Below, one piece after another: positions 45,629 through 55,832 of a DNA stretch of 64,000 nucleotides. Source of the DNA: Robiginitalea sp. (lineage in GTDB: Bacteria; Bacteroidota; Bacteroidia; Flavobacteriales; Flavobacteriaceae); NCBI GenBank assembly GCA_024638915.1, contig JAHEJJ010000005.1, forward strand, positions 670 to 64,669. The letters are read 5' to 3'. Below the pieces are notes generated by a model. That model made no database searches and had not been told where the DNA came from. It was given only the letters and a program-made list of their open reading frames with translations. Both the position numbers and the translations under genes were made by a program. Each line of letters starts with the position of its first letter. The first letter of the stretch is position 1.

Positions 45629-48062
45629 CGGGTTTAGCCTTTTTTCGTCCTTTAAAAATGGTATAAAATGCCCCACCCAACAATATAAGAAGAAGGAGGA
45701 CTGAACTTGCCAGGGTAATCTGACTCCCGGTGGAAACGACCTCTGGTTCGAACTTAAACTCTATTTGATGCTGGCCAGGCGATAGTTTGATCGCGCGTAA
45801 AACATAATTTACCCTGAAATAAGGCTGAGGTCTACCATCTACATAAGCATTCCATCCCTTATCGTAATACATTTCCGAAAAAACCGCCAATCCTTCACTT
45901 GAATTGGTCGACACATACCTGAGCCGATTAGGTTGATAGTCTGTAAGTACAATAGCAGCACTCGAGTCGTTCTCGAACTCCTTGGCCTTTATTTCCGGAA
46001 ACTTGCTCGTATTGACCAAAGCTTCGGATTGCACATCAAGGCTGTCGAGCCTGCTGATCTCTTCATCGGAGCTCTTCACCCCTATCAGTCTTGAAACAAA
46101 CCAGGCATTGCCACATGCCCTGGGATTATAGGCTACACTTTTATTTCCCTCCTCATCATTCTGTATTACATATTTAACATTTAGCATATGAAGCACGGAG
46201 AGATTGTTCCTGTAGATATGAAAATCGAAAAGCTCCTGCATGCCGGCGGGTTTCGCGGCATGATATCCTCCAATCGAATTATGAAAATTCGAAGTTCTGG
46301 CTCCATTCAGGCCTTCGGTCTGATCAAAAACTCTAAAAATGGTAGTGTCGGTCATAATTTGCCGATCCACCTGGGTTTCGGCAAATGGTTCCTTAACCAT
46401 ACGTTGTTTCACGAACTGATCTTCACTGATATATCGTTTTGCAACGGAAACAAGGTCTATACTGATCAATAGAGCCAGTAAAAGGATACCAAAAACCGGT
46501 TTGAGCTTTCCTTTTAAATAAATTAAAAGGACCAATGCAGCAAGACCTACAAATATCAAGGACCTAATGGTATCGTTGCGATATACAATTTCACGATCCC
46601 TTCGAATCACCGCCAGCACTTCTTCACCAAAATATCGTTCATACATGGCATCATTCAGACCGGTGAAACTAAACATCCCCTGAAAAAGCAATAAGACGAT
46701 ACCCAAGCCTAAGACTGTAAAAAAACTAACTTTTAAGGCGCGTAGTTTTTGCTGATGATCGCCGTTGGCAGCAAAGACCTTTACAAGGCCCAGTATCATC
46801 AATAATGGGACGCATAGTTCGATGATCACCTGAATGGAAGAAACCGCCCTGAATTTATTGTACAGAGGGAAATAATCTATCATAAAATCGGTGAGCCAGG
46901 GAAAATTCTTTCCCCACGACAGCAGCAGTGCAAATAAACTACCCAATATCAACCACCATTTGTACTTACCCTTTACCAGGATCAATCCCAGAATGAACAG
47001 AAAAAATACCACTGCACCAAGATAAGCCGGACCCGAAGTACCCGGTTGATCTCCCCAATATAGGGGCAGTGCACTGCTAAATTCCAGAGCCCTGCTTCTG
47101 GCCAGACCTTGTTCGGTAAGATATTCATATGTCTTTGAATCTTTCCCCAGGTTTTCGGCATTGGCACCCCCAAATAACCTTGGGACAAACAGGTTTAGTG
47201 ACTCTGCTATACCATAGCTGTACTGAGTGATATATTCTTTATCAAGGCCGTCGGTAGCCATTTTGGGTGAACCATCGGGCTGGATGGTCAATTCCGACGA
47301 GCCTCGGGTGCTCCAGTCGGCATACTGTTTCGTGGCCATGACACTGGTCGCATTTGCGCCTATAGCGAGAATAACGGCTAGGAGCAGTAGCCCCACGGAT
47401 TTAAAATAATGGGGAAGTGTTTTTGTCCTGATAGCATCGACCATAAAAACGATGCCCAGCAATAAGATCAACAGCATGAAATAATACGTCATCTGGTAAT
47501 GATTCGCCGCTATTTCGAGCCCCATGGCAACCGAGCTAAGTACAAAGCCCCACAGGTATTTTTTCCTGAAGACCAATAGTATGCCCGCCAGTAAAACCGG
47601 TAAATAGCCCAGAGCATGGGCCTTTGCATTATGCCCTACCCCAAGAATAATTATAAAATATGTTGAAAATCCGAAGGCCAGCGAGCCAAGTATGGCAAGT
47701 TTAAAATCGACCTTAAGACAGGTCAGAAGAATATAAAATCCTAAGAAATAAAGAAAAAGATAGTCAGCAGGTCTCGGCAAAAACCGAATGGCCCTGTCTA
47801 AATCCTTTACATAATGATGTGGGTAACGCGCCCCCAATTGAAAAGTTGGCATTCCCCCGAATGCGCTATTGGTCCAGTACGGTTCTTCTCCGGTCTGCTC
47901 ACGGAATTCTGTTTGCTCCCGTGACATACCATTATACTGTTGAATATCGGATTGCAGTATTGTCTTTCCCTGCAAAACAGGATGAAAAAAGGCCAGGGCG
48001 ACCACTACAAAAAAAACTAAGCTAAAAAAGTGGGTAAATAATGCTTTTACGCGGCTGTTCAT
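45621..48062 (-). CDS. YfhO-family membrane protein (GT-C-like glycosyltransferase)
   Basis: 813 aa. Many N-terminal TM helices, a large extracytoplasmic C-terminal domain and a final TM helix. The architecture and sequence resemble the YfhO family. Confidence 0.7.
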   Translation of the reverse strand: MNSRVKALFTHFFSLVFFVVVALAFFHPVLQGKTILQSDIQQYNGMSREQTEFREQTGEEPYWTNSAFGGMPTFQLGARYPHHYVKDLDRAIRFLPRPADYLFLYFLGFYILLTCLKVDFKLAILGSLAFGFSTYFIIILGVGHNAKAHALGYLPVLLAGILLVFRKKYLWGFVLSSVAMGLEIAANHYQMTYYFMLLILLLGIVFMVDAIRTKTLPHYFKSVGLLLLAVILAIGANATSVMATKQYADWSTRGSSELTIQPDGSPKMATDGLDKEYITQYSYGIAESLNLFVPRLFGGANAENLGKDSKTYEYLTEQGLARSRALEFSSALPLYWGDQPGTSGPAYLGAVVFFLFILGLILVKGKYKWWLILGSLFALLLSWGKNFPWLTDFMIDYFPLYNKFRAVSSIQVIIELCVPLLMILGLVKVFAANGDHQQKLRALKVSFFTVLGLGIVLLLFQGMFSFTGLNDAMYERYFGEEVLAVIRRDREIVYRNDTIRSLIFVGLAALVLLIYLKGKLKPVFGILLLALLISIDLVSVAKRYISEDQFVKQRMVKEPFAETQVDRQIMTDTTIFRVFDQTEGLNGARTSNFHNSIGGYHAAKPAGMQELFDFHIYRNNLSVLHMLNVKYVIQNDEEGNKSVAYNPRACGNAWFVSRLIGVKSSDEEISRLDSLDVQSEALVNTSKFPEIKAKEFENDSSAAIVLTDYQPNRLRYVSTNSSEGLAVFSEMYYDKGWNAYVDGRPQPYFRVNYVLRAIKLSPGQHQIEFKFEPEVVSTGSQITLASSVLLLLILLGGAFYTIFKGRKKAKPDA

Positions 48063-48082
48063 AAAAGAAATAAGGGAATAGG

Positions 48083-48346
48083 TTATTCCAGTTCTTCAAA
48101 GTCTATATACTCTCCTACTTCCAAAGAGCGGCGATTATTCTTTGTTGATTTTTTTTCAATGGTTATATCACCTTCCGGTCTTTCCTGAGCATTTCCAAAG
48201 CTTTGAAAATCTCCGAATTGCTCTCTGAAACGCTCTTCGGTTTTCCTGGCAGCATAAACAAATAATTTTGGAGCAAACCATCTGGCCAGTAATCTTATAA
48301 GATAATAGACCAGTAAAATGACCAATATAGTCTTTAAAATTCCCAT
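48083..48346 (-). CDS. DUF4834-like small membrane protein
   Basis: 87 aa. MGILKTILVILLVYYLIRLLARWFAP N-terminal TM helix followed by a charged tail. Lies 20 nt upstream of YfhO. Confidence 0.55.
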   Translation of the reverse strand: MGILKTILVILLVYYLIRLLARWFAPKLFVYAARKTEERFREQFGDFQSFGNAQERPEGDITIEKKSTKNNRRSLEVGEYIDFEELE

Positions 48347-48432
48347 AATCTTTGAGATTGATATATCAAAAGTACAATTCCGACGTTGTATTTACTGTAC
48401 AAAAGTCATAAAATATTAATAAAACAGACTTT

Positions 48433-49473
48433 ATGGGGCAAGGTATCACATGGAAACTTTATGGAGGAATTCTCTTAATTCTATTGCTGAATACTCCATT
48501 TATAGCACGTTCTCAGTACACAGAGGTGATCAATTCCAACCGGCCGGGTGTTTCTGTAAGTGCCTATGCAGTGGGTAGAAATGTGGTTCAGGCCGAATTT
48601 GGAGGGTACTATGAACAAAGGGATCATTCCGATCTTCTTACAGATTCGAATATTATCGGTGGCGAGCTCGCACTGAGGTACGGACTACTTTTTGAATCTT
48701 TGGAAATTATATGGGAAGGGAGCTACCAAAATCAGGATATAAACTATATCGCGCTTGATTTCAATGAATCAAGGACCGGTTTTGCTGACAATCGTCTGGG
48801 AGTGAAATACTTGTTATTCGATCCTTATAAAAACCCTGAACGCAACAAACCCAATCTGCGCAGCTGGCGTGCAAACAATAAATTTCAATGGAAGAATCTT
48901 ATCCCGGCGATTTCGATTTATGGCGGAGCCAATTTTGTATTGGGCGACAATCCATTTTATCCGGAAGACCCCACCATATCGCCCAGGGCCTTGCTGGCCA
49001 CACAGAGCCAGCTGACCCCGAAGTCGGTTTTGATCCTGAATTTCATATATGACAGGATCGGTACGGATTTTCCGGAGATGAGCTATGTCATTTCCTTTTC
49101 TCATGCATTTAGAAATCCTAAATGGAGTGCTTTCATAGAGAATCAAGGGATAGACAGCGATCGGTATTCAGACATTTTGCTACGAACCGGAGTATCGCAT
49201 TTGCTCAACCCTAATTTTCAAATTGATCTGAGCCTGGGTGGGAACTTCAAAACTTCACCAAGCAGATATTTTGCTGCCTTCGGGTTGTCCTACCGATTGG
49301 ATTTTCACCAAGACCAGATTATTAATAAATCACAGACGCCAGGAGGGCCAATCAAGAAAAATTCGATGAAGAAGAATAGATCCTCAGAGATCGGCCCTTC
49401 TAAAAAAGAAATTCGAAATCAGCGTAAAAAAGCCAAAAAGAACAAAAAGAAGAAAGACGATTTCGACTTCTAA
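48433..49473 (+). CDS. Outer-membrane beta-barrel protein (transporter-like) with 55-aa polybasic C-terminal tail
   Basis: 346 aa. Signal peptide and alternating beta-strand pattern. A barrel-terminal-like strand AAFGLSYRLDF is followed by HQDQ...KKAKKNKKKKDDFDF. Confidence 0.55.
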   Translation: MGQGITWKLYGGILLILLLNTPFIARSQYTEVINSNRPGVSVSAYAVGRNVVQAEFGGYYEQRDHSDLLTDSNIIGGELALRYGLLFESLEIIWEGSYQNQDINYIALDFNESRTGFADNRLGVKYLLFDPYKNPERNKPNLRSWRANNKFQWKNLIPAISIYGGANFVLGDNPFYPEDPTISPRALLATQSQLTPKSVLILNFIYDRIGTDFPEMSYVISFSHAFRNPKWSAFIENQGIDSDRYSDILLRTGVSHLLNPNFQIDLSLGGNFKTSPSRYFAAFGLSYRLDFHQDQIINKSQTPGGPIKKNSMKKNRSSEIGPSKKEIRNQRKKAKKNKKKKDDFDF

Positions 49474-49579
49474 GATCTTACCAACCTTAGCGGGAGGTTC
49501 ATAAACTTATCAAAAAATGGCTCCTGACGCTTCATTCCCTGTACAATATTGCCTAATATTGATCTTATGATTTACTCGT

Positions 49580-50710
49580 ATGATCACCCTGAAAGAAATT
49601 TCGAGTCTTGCGGATCTCAGGTTATTTGTAAAATTTCCTTTTGAACTATACAGGGATTCAGAACAGTGGATTCCCCCGATAATAAGCGAAGAAATTGAAA
49701 GTTTCGATAAAAGGAAAAACCCAGTATTTCACAATGCCGATGCACGCTTCTTCCTCGCTTATAAAAGCGGAAAGATCGCAGGCAGAATTGTAGTGATCAT
49801 CAATTGGCTTGAAGTAAAGGATCAGGGAATCGGTAAAATCCGTTTTGGATGGTTAGATTTTATTGATGATAAGGAGGTTTCGACAGCACTTTTAACCAAG
49901 GTTCATGAGATCGGCCTGCAAAACCAACTCGATTTCATGGAAGGTCCGCTCGGGTTTTCTAACCTTGATAAGGTAGGGGTGCTTACCGAGGGCTTTGAAT
50001 CGCCTGGCAGCATGATCACCTGGTACAATTATCCCTATTATAAAGAACATTACGAAAGCTTCGGATTACAGGTTGAAAAAACCTATTTGGAAAGTCGTTT
50101 TACCCTATATCACACCGATCCTGATCATTATAAGCGAATACAAGACATAATTAAGGCGCGATATAAATTAAAGGCAGTGAATTTTAGTCGAACTAAAGAC
50201 ATTATGGACTGGGCAGACCGCATGTTCGAATTGTTCCAGGAGACCTATATAAAACTCTCCTCTTTTGTGCCTATTTCCAAGTCTCAGATCGAATATTTTA
50301 AGAAAAAGTACCTCAAGTTTATCAATCCGGAGTACATCAAGTTCGTGCTAGACGAACAAGATCAGCTCGTCGCCTTTGCCATTGTAATGCCTTCCTATTC
50401 TGAGGCCATGAAGAAGGCCAAGGGTAAATTATTTCCATTCGGGATTTTTCATTTGAATAAAGCCAGGAAGAAGAGCAAGAGTGTGCTGTTCTATCTCATC
50501 GGTATTCATCCCGAATTCCAGAACAAAGGGATAACCGCCATGATTATGCACGAATTCGGCCAAACTTTTCACAAAAAAGGTATTACACACTGCTTCCGCT
50601 CCCCGGAACTTGCAGATAATTTGGCCATACAGCAAATGTGGAAATATTTTAATCCTGAAGTCTACAAAAAGAGGTGTACCTATAAACTTGTGCTACTTAG
50701 AAAAAAGTAA
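49580..50710 (+). CDS. GNAT-family N-acetyltransferase-like protein
   Basis: 376 aa. The C-terminal region LIGIHPEFQNKGITAMI resembles the acetyl-CoA binding motif A (Q/R-x-x-G-x-G/A). Confidence 0.5.
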   Translation: MITLKEISSLADLRLFVKFPFELYRDSEQWIPPIISEEIESFDKRKNPVFHNADARFFLAYKSGKIAGRIVVIINWLEVKDQGIGKIRFGWLDFIDDKEVSTALLTKVHEIGLQNQLDFMEGPLGFSNLDKVGVLTEGFESPGSMITWYNYPYYKEHYESFGLQVEKTYLESRFTLYHTDPDHYKRIQDIIKARYKLKAVNFSRTKDIMDWADRMFELFQETYIKLSSFVPISKSQIEYFKKKYLKFINPEYIKFVLDEQDQLVAFAIVMPSYSEAMKKAKGKLFPFGIFHLNKARKKSKSVLFYLIGIHPEFQNKGITAMIMHEFGQTFHKKGITHCFRSPELADNLAIQQMWKYFNPEVYKKRCTYKLVLLRKK

Positions 50711-50738
50711 GTCGGGTTTAGCTTAGACCGGTATTGTT

Positions 50739-51998
50739 CTATTCGCCCATCGCAGCAGCTACTGCAGAAGAAAGTCTCTTGTAGGTACCATTTTCCAACC
50801 GTTCGCGTATAGCGGAAAAGGCCTCAAGGGTCGCCTCAATATCTTCCATGGTATGGGTTGCTGTGGGAATCATCCTCAACAAAATCAGGCCTTTTGGTAT
50901 AACCGGATACACCACAATAGAACAGAATATACCGTAGTTTTCACGAAGGTCTCTAACCAGGGCCATGGCTTCAGGGATACTACCGCTGAGATAGACCGGA
51001 GTAACACAACTGGAGGTAGTCCCAATATCAAAGCCCCGCTCCTTCAAACCATTTTGCAATGCGTCGACATTTTCCCAAAGTTTTTGCTTCAGTTCAGGCT
51101 GGGTACGAAGCATTTCCAATCGCTTTAACGCTCCTTTGACAAAGATCATCGGCAGTGATTTGGCAAACATCTGAGAGCGCAGATTATATTTCAAGTAATC
51201 GATGATCTCCTTATCCGCAGCCAAAAATGCCCCGATACCTGCCATCGATTTCGCAAAAGTGGCAAAATAGACATCAATATCGTCCTGAACACCCTGCTCT
51301 TCACCGGCACCGGCTCCTGTTTTACCTAATGTGCCAAAGCCATGAGCATCATCTACCAGCAGTCTGAAGTTAAACTCCTTCTTGAGCGCTGCTATTTCCT
51401 TGAGTTTCCCCTGCTCTCCTCTCATCCCGAAAACCCCTTCAGAGATCACCAATATGCCTCCGCCGGTCTGTTCGGCCATTTTAGTAGCCCGCTCCAGGTT
51501 TTTTTTCAGGCTTTCTATATCGTTATGCTTAAAAGTGAAGCGTTTCCCAACATGTAACCGAACCCCGTCGATGATACAAGCATGAGAATCTACGTCGTAC
51601 ACTATAATATCGTCCTTGGATACAAGCGCATCGATGGCCGACATGATACCCTGATAGCCGAAATTCAGTAAATAGGCTGATTCTTTGCTTACAAATTCGG
51701 CTAATTCCCGTTCCAGTTGCTCGTGGAAATCGGTATGGCCACTCATCATTCTCGCACCCATAGGATAAGCCGCTCCGTGTTCCATCGCAGCCTCGCCATC
51801 GACCTTCTTAATCTCAGGTAAATTGGACAGACCCAGATAGTCGTTGATGCTCCAGGTGATCACTTCTTTCCCCTGGAACTTCATTCGATTAGAGATTGGA
51901 CCTTCTAATTTTGGAAAAACGAAATAGCCTTCAGCCTGTGAAGCCCACTTTCCTAAAGGACCTTTATTTTCTGTAATTCTGTCAAATAAATCTCTCAT
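50739..51998 (-). CDS. Alpha-oxoamine synthase family PLP enzyme (AONS/KBL/SPT-like; candidate cysteate- or serine-fatty-acyl transferase)
   Basis: 419 aa. Class II aminotransferase fold with DDAHGFG and the PLP lysine region FATFAKSMAG. Confidence 0.8.
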   Translation of the reverse strand: MRDLFDRITENKGPLGKWASQAEGYFVFPKLEGPISNRMKFQGKEVITWSINDYLGLSNLPEIKKVDGEAAMEHGAAYPMGARMMSGHTDFHEQLERELAEFVSKESAYLLNFGYQGIMSAIDALVSKDDIIVYDVDSHACIIDGVRLHVGKRFTFKHNDIESLKKNLERATKMAEQTGGGILVISEGVFGMRGEQGKLKEIAALKKEFNFRLLVDDAHGFGTLGKTGAGAGEEQGVQDDIDVYFATFAKSMAGIGAFLAADKEIIDYLKYNLRSQMFAKSLPMIFVKGALKRLEMLRTQPELKQKLWENVDALQNGLKERGFDIGTTSSCVTPVYLSGSIPEAMALVRDLRENYGIFCSIVVYPVIPKGLILLRMIPTATHTMEDIEATLEAFSAIRERLENGTYKRLSSAVAAAMGE

Positions 51999-52147
51999 TT
52001 ACTACAGTTTGGAATTGTCAGCAAAACTATGGAATTTTAGGCAGCAATCATAATAATATTGCCCGGTTATCTTACCTAAAATAGTTGATTCTAAGTTTGA
52101 TTTGGTGCTAAAATAAGTTGTAAGATATTAAATATCAGTAAATTAAT

Positions 52148-52174
52148 AAAAAAGGGCAATGATTATCATTGCCC
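52148..52174 (-). terminator. Rho-independent terminator after the CBS-like gene
   Basis: Perfect 10-bp inverted repeat GGGCAATGAT-T-ATCATTGCCC, followed on the minus strand by TTTTTT. It lies 24 nt after the stop at 52198. Confidence 0.8.
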
Positions 52175-52197
52175 TGATATATCAATGGGTATCCTTA

Positions 52198-53238
52198 TTA
52201 TTTTACGAACTCTACCCTTTGCTTATTCTCTGCGTTCTTATGGTCGAAAAATCCTTGATCGCTCATCCATTGATCGCTATAGATTTTACTCATATATCTC
52301 GATCCATGGTCTGGGAAAATCACCACAACCTGACTATTCTTATCAAATTCACCCTTCTGGTTCAGTTTTTTGATAGCCTGCATCACCGCACCACTGGTAT
52401 AGCCCACAAAAATACCTTCGGTACGGGAAATTTCCCTCGCAGTATGAGCACTGTCTTCGTCCGAAACCTTGATAAACTGGTCAATTACGTCGAAATCAGT
52501 CGCATCGGGAATCAGATTCTTGCCCAGACCTTCTATCCGGTAGGGGTAAATCTCGTCACGATCGAATTCGCCGGTCTCATGGTATTTCTTAAGAACAGAC
52601 CCGTAGGCGTCTACTCCGATGATCCTGATTTTTGGATTTTTTTCCTTAAGGTATCTAGCGGTACCTGATATGGTACCTCCCGTTCCGCTGCATGCCACCA
52701 AATGCGTGATATGACCGTTGGTTTGCTCCCAGATCTCAGGACCTGTAGTTCTATAATGCGCCTCAATATTGAGATTGTTGAAGTACTGGTTGATATAGAT
52801 GGACCCTTGGATCTCATCACTCAGTCTTTTGGCCACCTGGTAATAGGAACGCGGGTCGTCTGCGCTGACATGTGCCGGACAAACATAAACTTTGGCTCCC
52901 ATAGACCTCAACATGTCGATCTTATCCTTGGAAGATTTTGAACTCACGGCAAGGACACATTTGTAGCCTTTTACGATACTCACCATCGCTAAACTGAATC
53001 CGGTATTACCAGAAGTCGTTTCTATAATGGTGCTGTTCTCTTTTAATATCCCCCTACGCTCGGCTTCTTCAATAATATAGGCGGCTATTCTGTCCTTAGA
53101 CGAATGGCCAGGATTAAAAGCCTCCACTTTAGCATAATAGTTTCCCGTTAAGGATTCTGTGATGCGATTGAGTTTGACAAGGGGGGTGTTTCCTATGAGA
53201 TCTAGGATGTTGCTATAAGCGTTTATTTTACTTTCCAT
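52198..53238 (-). CDS. Cysteine synthase / cystathionine beta-synthase-family PLP enzyme (no CBS domains; candidate cysteate synthase)
   Basis: 346 aa. PLP-lysine motif NPGHSSKDR, the TSGNTG loop and the GTGGTISG phosphate-binding loop. Confidence 0.8.
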   Translation of the reverse strand: MESKINAYSNILDLIGNTPLVKLNRITESLTGNYYAKVEAFNPGHSSKDRIAAYIIEEAERRGILKENSTIIETTSGNTGFSLAMVSIVKGYKCVLAVSSKSSKDKIDMLRSMGAKVYVCPAHVSADDPRSYYQVAKRLSDEIQGSIYINQYFNNLNIEAHYRTTGPEIWEQTNGHITHLVACSGTGGTISGTARYLKEKNPKIRIIGVDAYGSVLKKYHETGEFDRDEIYPYRIEGLGKNLIPDATDFDVIDQFIKVSDEDSAHTAREISRTEGIFVGYTSGAVMQAIKKLNQKGEFDKNSQVVVIFPDHGSRYMSKIYSDQWMSDQGFFDHKNAENKQRVEFVK

Positions 53239-53295
53239 AAAGTTAGGTTAGCTCTATGTATCCCGCTTCCGGGAACAATAACGGTGTCAAAATTA

Positions 53296-55389
53296 CTATT
53301 TTTTTTCCGACTTGGGAATTTTACCTTCTAAATCGAGTATAAAGGCATATTCTTTGGCCGTTTCTTTTAAGGCTTCAAATCGTCCAGATGCCCCGCCATG
53401 GCCCGTGCCCATGTTGGTGTCCAGATAGATTTGGTTATTATTGGTCTTGAGTTCCCTAAGCTTAGCCACCCACTTGGCGGGTTCCCAGTATTGCACCTGA
53501 GAATCATGTAAGCCTGTAGTTATCAGCATATTAGGGTATTCCCGTGCTCCTACATTGTCATAAGGCGAATAAGACTTGATGTAATTGTAAAACTCTTCTT
53601 CATCAGGATTCCCCCATTCGTCGTATTCACCCGTGGTTAAGGGGATAGTATGATCGAGCATTGTTGTGATGACATCTACAAAAGGAACAGCAGCAATCAC
53701 CCCATTATATAATTCTGGCGCCATATTGATCACAGCCCCGATAAGCAGTCCACCTGCAGAAGCTCCGTAGGCGTAGAGGTGAGCCGGACTTGTATACTTT
53801 TTCTCGATCAGGAACTTCGAACAATCGATAAAATCGGTAAAAGTGTTCTTTTTAAACAACAGCCTGCCTTTTTCATACCAGCTACGCCCAAGGTATTCCC
53901 CTCCCCTTACATGGGCAATGGCATATATGAAACCGCGATCGAGAAGGCTTAAACGAACCGAAGAGAAATGAGGATCAACCGTACTTCCATACGCCCCATA
54001 GCCATAGAGCAATAAAGGACGGGTGCCATCGATCGGGCTATCTTTTCTATAGACCAGGGAGATTGGTATTTGTGCGCCATCTGCCGCCGTTGCCCAGAGC
54101 CTCTCAGCGATATAATCATCAGGTTCAAATTTTCCGCCTAAGACTTCCTGTACCTTCTGGACTTTAAGCTCTTTCGTTTCCATATTGAAATCAATTATGG
54201 AATAAGGCGTGGTCATAGCATTATAAACATAACGCAGCGTGTGGCTTACAAAATCCGGATTTATATAGGTGCCTGCCACATAAGTTTCGCTATCAAAGGG
54301 TATATAATAAGAATCGGTTCCATCCCAACGTACTATTTTTAGTTTATTGAGACCTTGTATTCTTTCAGAAAGAACATAAAACTCCTCAAAAATTTCAACA
54401 TCTTCGAGAAGTACATCATCCCGATGTCCTATGAACTCCACCCAATGCTCCGCCGAGGTCTGCCCCTCATCTGCGCTCATGAGCTTAAAATTGGTCGCAC
54501 CGTCCTTATTGGTGAGAATGTAAAACCGTTGTGCGTAATGGAAAATAGAGTACTCTAAGCCCCTGATCCTCGGAGAAAAGACCTCAAACTCTCCTTCAGG
54601 TTCATCTGATCTCAGAATACGGTATTCGGAGGTCAGGGTACTGCAGGAGCCAATGATTATGTATTCCCTGGACTTGGATTTATAAATAAAGGTAATATAG
54701 GTATCATCGGTCTCTTCATAGACCAATACATCTTCGGATGAAGGTGTTCCTAATTTATGTCTGAAAATTCTATTGGCCCTGAGCGTTTGCGGGTCTTTTG
54801 CGGTGTAAAAAATTGTCTTATTATCATCGGCCCAAACCGCTGTCCCCGTGGTATTATCAAGTTTATCGGAATATACCTGTCCATCTTCGAGGTTTTTAAT
54901 GTAAAGAGTATACTGCCTTCGCGATAACGTATCTACACCAAAAGTCGCCATCTTGTTATCCGGACTTATGGAAATTCCTTTCAGGTGAAAATACTCATAT
55001 CCCACAGCCATTTCATTACCATCGAACAAAATTTCTTCAACAGCCCGGTCATTTTCCATCCAACGGAAGTAAATAGGGTATTCCTGCTCGGTTTTATAAC
55101 GGGTTTGATACCAGTACCCATGGTATTTATACGGTACCGTCTCATCATCCTCTTTAATTCTGGCTTTCATTTCCTTAAAGAGTTCTAGCCGGACCTCTTC
55201 AAGGTGCTGGGTTTTTTCCTGGTAGTATTTGTTTTCCTGTCGGAGATAATCCAACACCTGAGGATCTTCGCGTTGGTTTAGCCAGAAATAATTATCGATC
55301 CGTTCGTCTCCATGCCGGCTTAGTTTTTTTGGAATTTTAGGAGCGATTGGTTCCTTTATGGTATCTATATTTTTATTCTGATTTGGCAT
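53296..55389 (-). CDS. S9-family serine peptidase (oligopeptidase B / prolyl oligopeptidase type)
   Basis: 697 aa. N-terminal beta-propeller region and C-terminal catalytic domain with GASAGG (GxSxGG), plus downstream Asp and His (GHGG). Confidence 0.85.
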   Translation of the reverse strand: MPNQNKNIDTIKEPIAPKIPKKLSRHGDERIDNYFWLNQREDPQVLDYLRQENKYYQEKTQHLEEVRLELFKEMKARIKEDDETVPYKYHGYWYQTRYKTEQEYPIYFRWMENDRAVEEILFDGNEMAVGYEYFHLKGISISPDNKMATFGVDTLSRRQYTLYIKNLEDGQVYSDKLDNTTGTAVWADDNKTIFYTAKDPQTLRANRIFRHKLGTPSSEDVLVYEETDDTYITFIYKSKSREYIIIGSCSTLTSEYRILRSDEPEGEFEVFSPRIRGLEYSIFHYAQRFYILTNKDGATNFKLMSADEGQTSAEHWVEFIGHRDDVLLEDVEIFEEFYVLSERIQGLNKLKIVRWDGTDSYYIPFDSETYVAGTYINPDFVSHTLRYVYNAMTTPYSIIDFNMETKELKVQKVQEVLGGKFEPDDYIAERLWATAADGAQIPISLVYRKDSPIDGTRPLLLYGYGAYGSTVDPHFSSVRLSLLDRGFIYAIAHVRGGEYLGRSWYEKGRLLFKKNTFTDFIDCSKFLIEKKYTSPAHLYAYGASAGGLLIGAVINMAPELYNGVIAAVPFVDVITTMLDHTIPLTTGEYDEWGNPDEEEFYNYIKSYSPYDNVGAREYPNMLITTGLHDSQVQYWEPAKWVAKLRELKTNNNQIYLDTNMGTGHGGASGRFEALKETAKEYAFILDLEGKIPKSEKK

Positions 55390-55505
55390 AAATGCGCAAA
55401 AATACTATTTAAAACCCAATTTTGGCATCCATTATTCAGTCCTTCGAGCCCACAACTATAGTCAAATCTGTATTTTTACCGTATTAATGAACTAATACTT
55501 AAATT

Positions 55506-55832
55506 ATGTTTGGAGATTTAATGGGCATGATGGGAAAACTTAAGGAAACCCAGGAGAAAGTAAAAGCCACCAAGGAACGTTTACATACGGTGTTGTTAAC
55601 CGAAAAATCTGAGGGGGATGCTATATCGGTCACGATCACAGCCAATCGCACAATTAAATCGATTGAAATAGACCAAAATCTGTTGACTGAGAATGAGCAA
55701 CTTGAAGACCTTTTGGTTTTAACCCTCAACAGGGCGATTGAGCAGGCCACTGCAGTTCAGGAAGCCGAATTAGGAGCAGTAGCCAAAGAAGGGATGCCCA
55801 ATATCCCGGGCATGGACTCTTTGTTCAAATAG
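55506..55832 (+). CDS. ybaB: YbaB/EbfC-family nucleoid-associated protein
   Basis: 108 aa. [19 protein letters not shown] start and tweezer-domain pattern ([15 protein letters not shown]). Confidence 0.88.
   Translation: MFGDLMGMMGKLKETQEKVKATKERLHTVLLTEKSEGDAISVTITANRTIKSIEIDQNLLTENEQLEDLLVLTLNRAIEQATAVQEAELGAVAKEGMPNIPGMDSLFK

Noticed and set aside
52159-52668. 169-aa plus-strand ORF overlapping the CBS-like gene
   Set aside because: It is antisense to a PLP enzyme with clear motifs. Its start lies inside the terminator hairpin of that gene.
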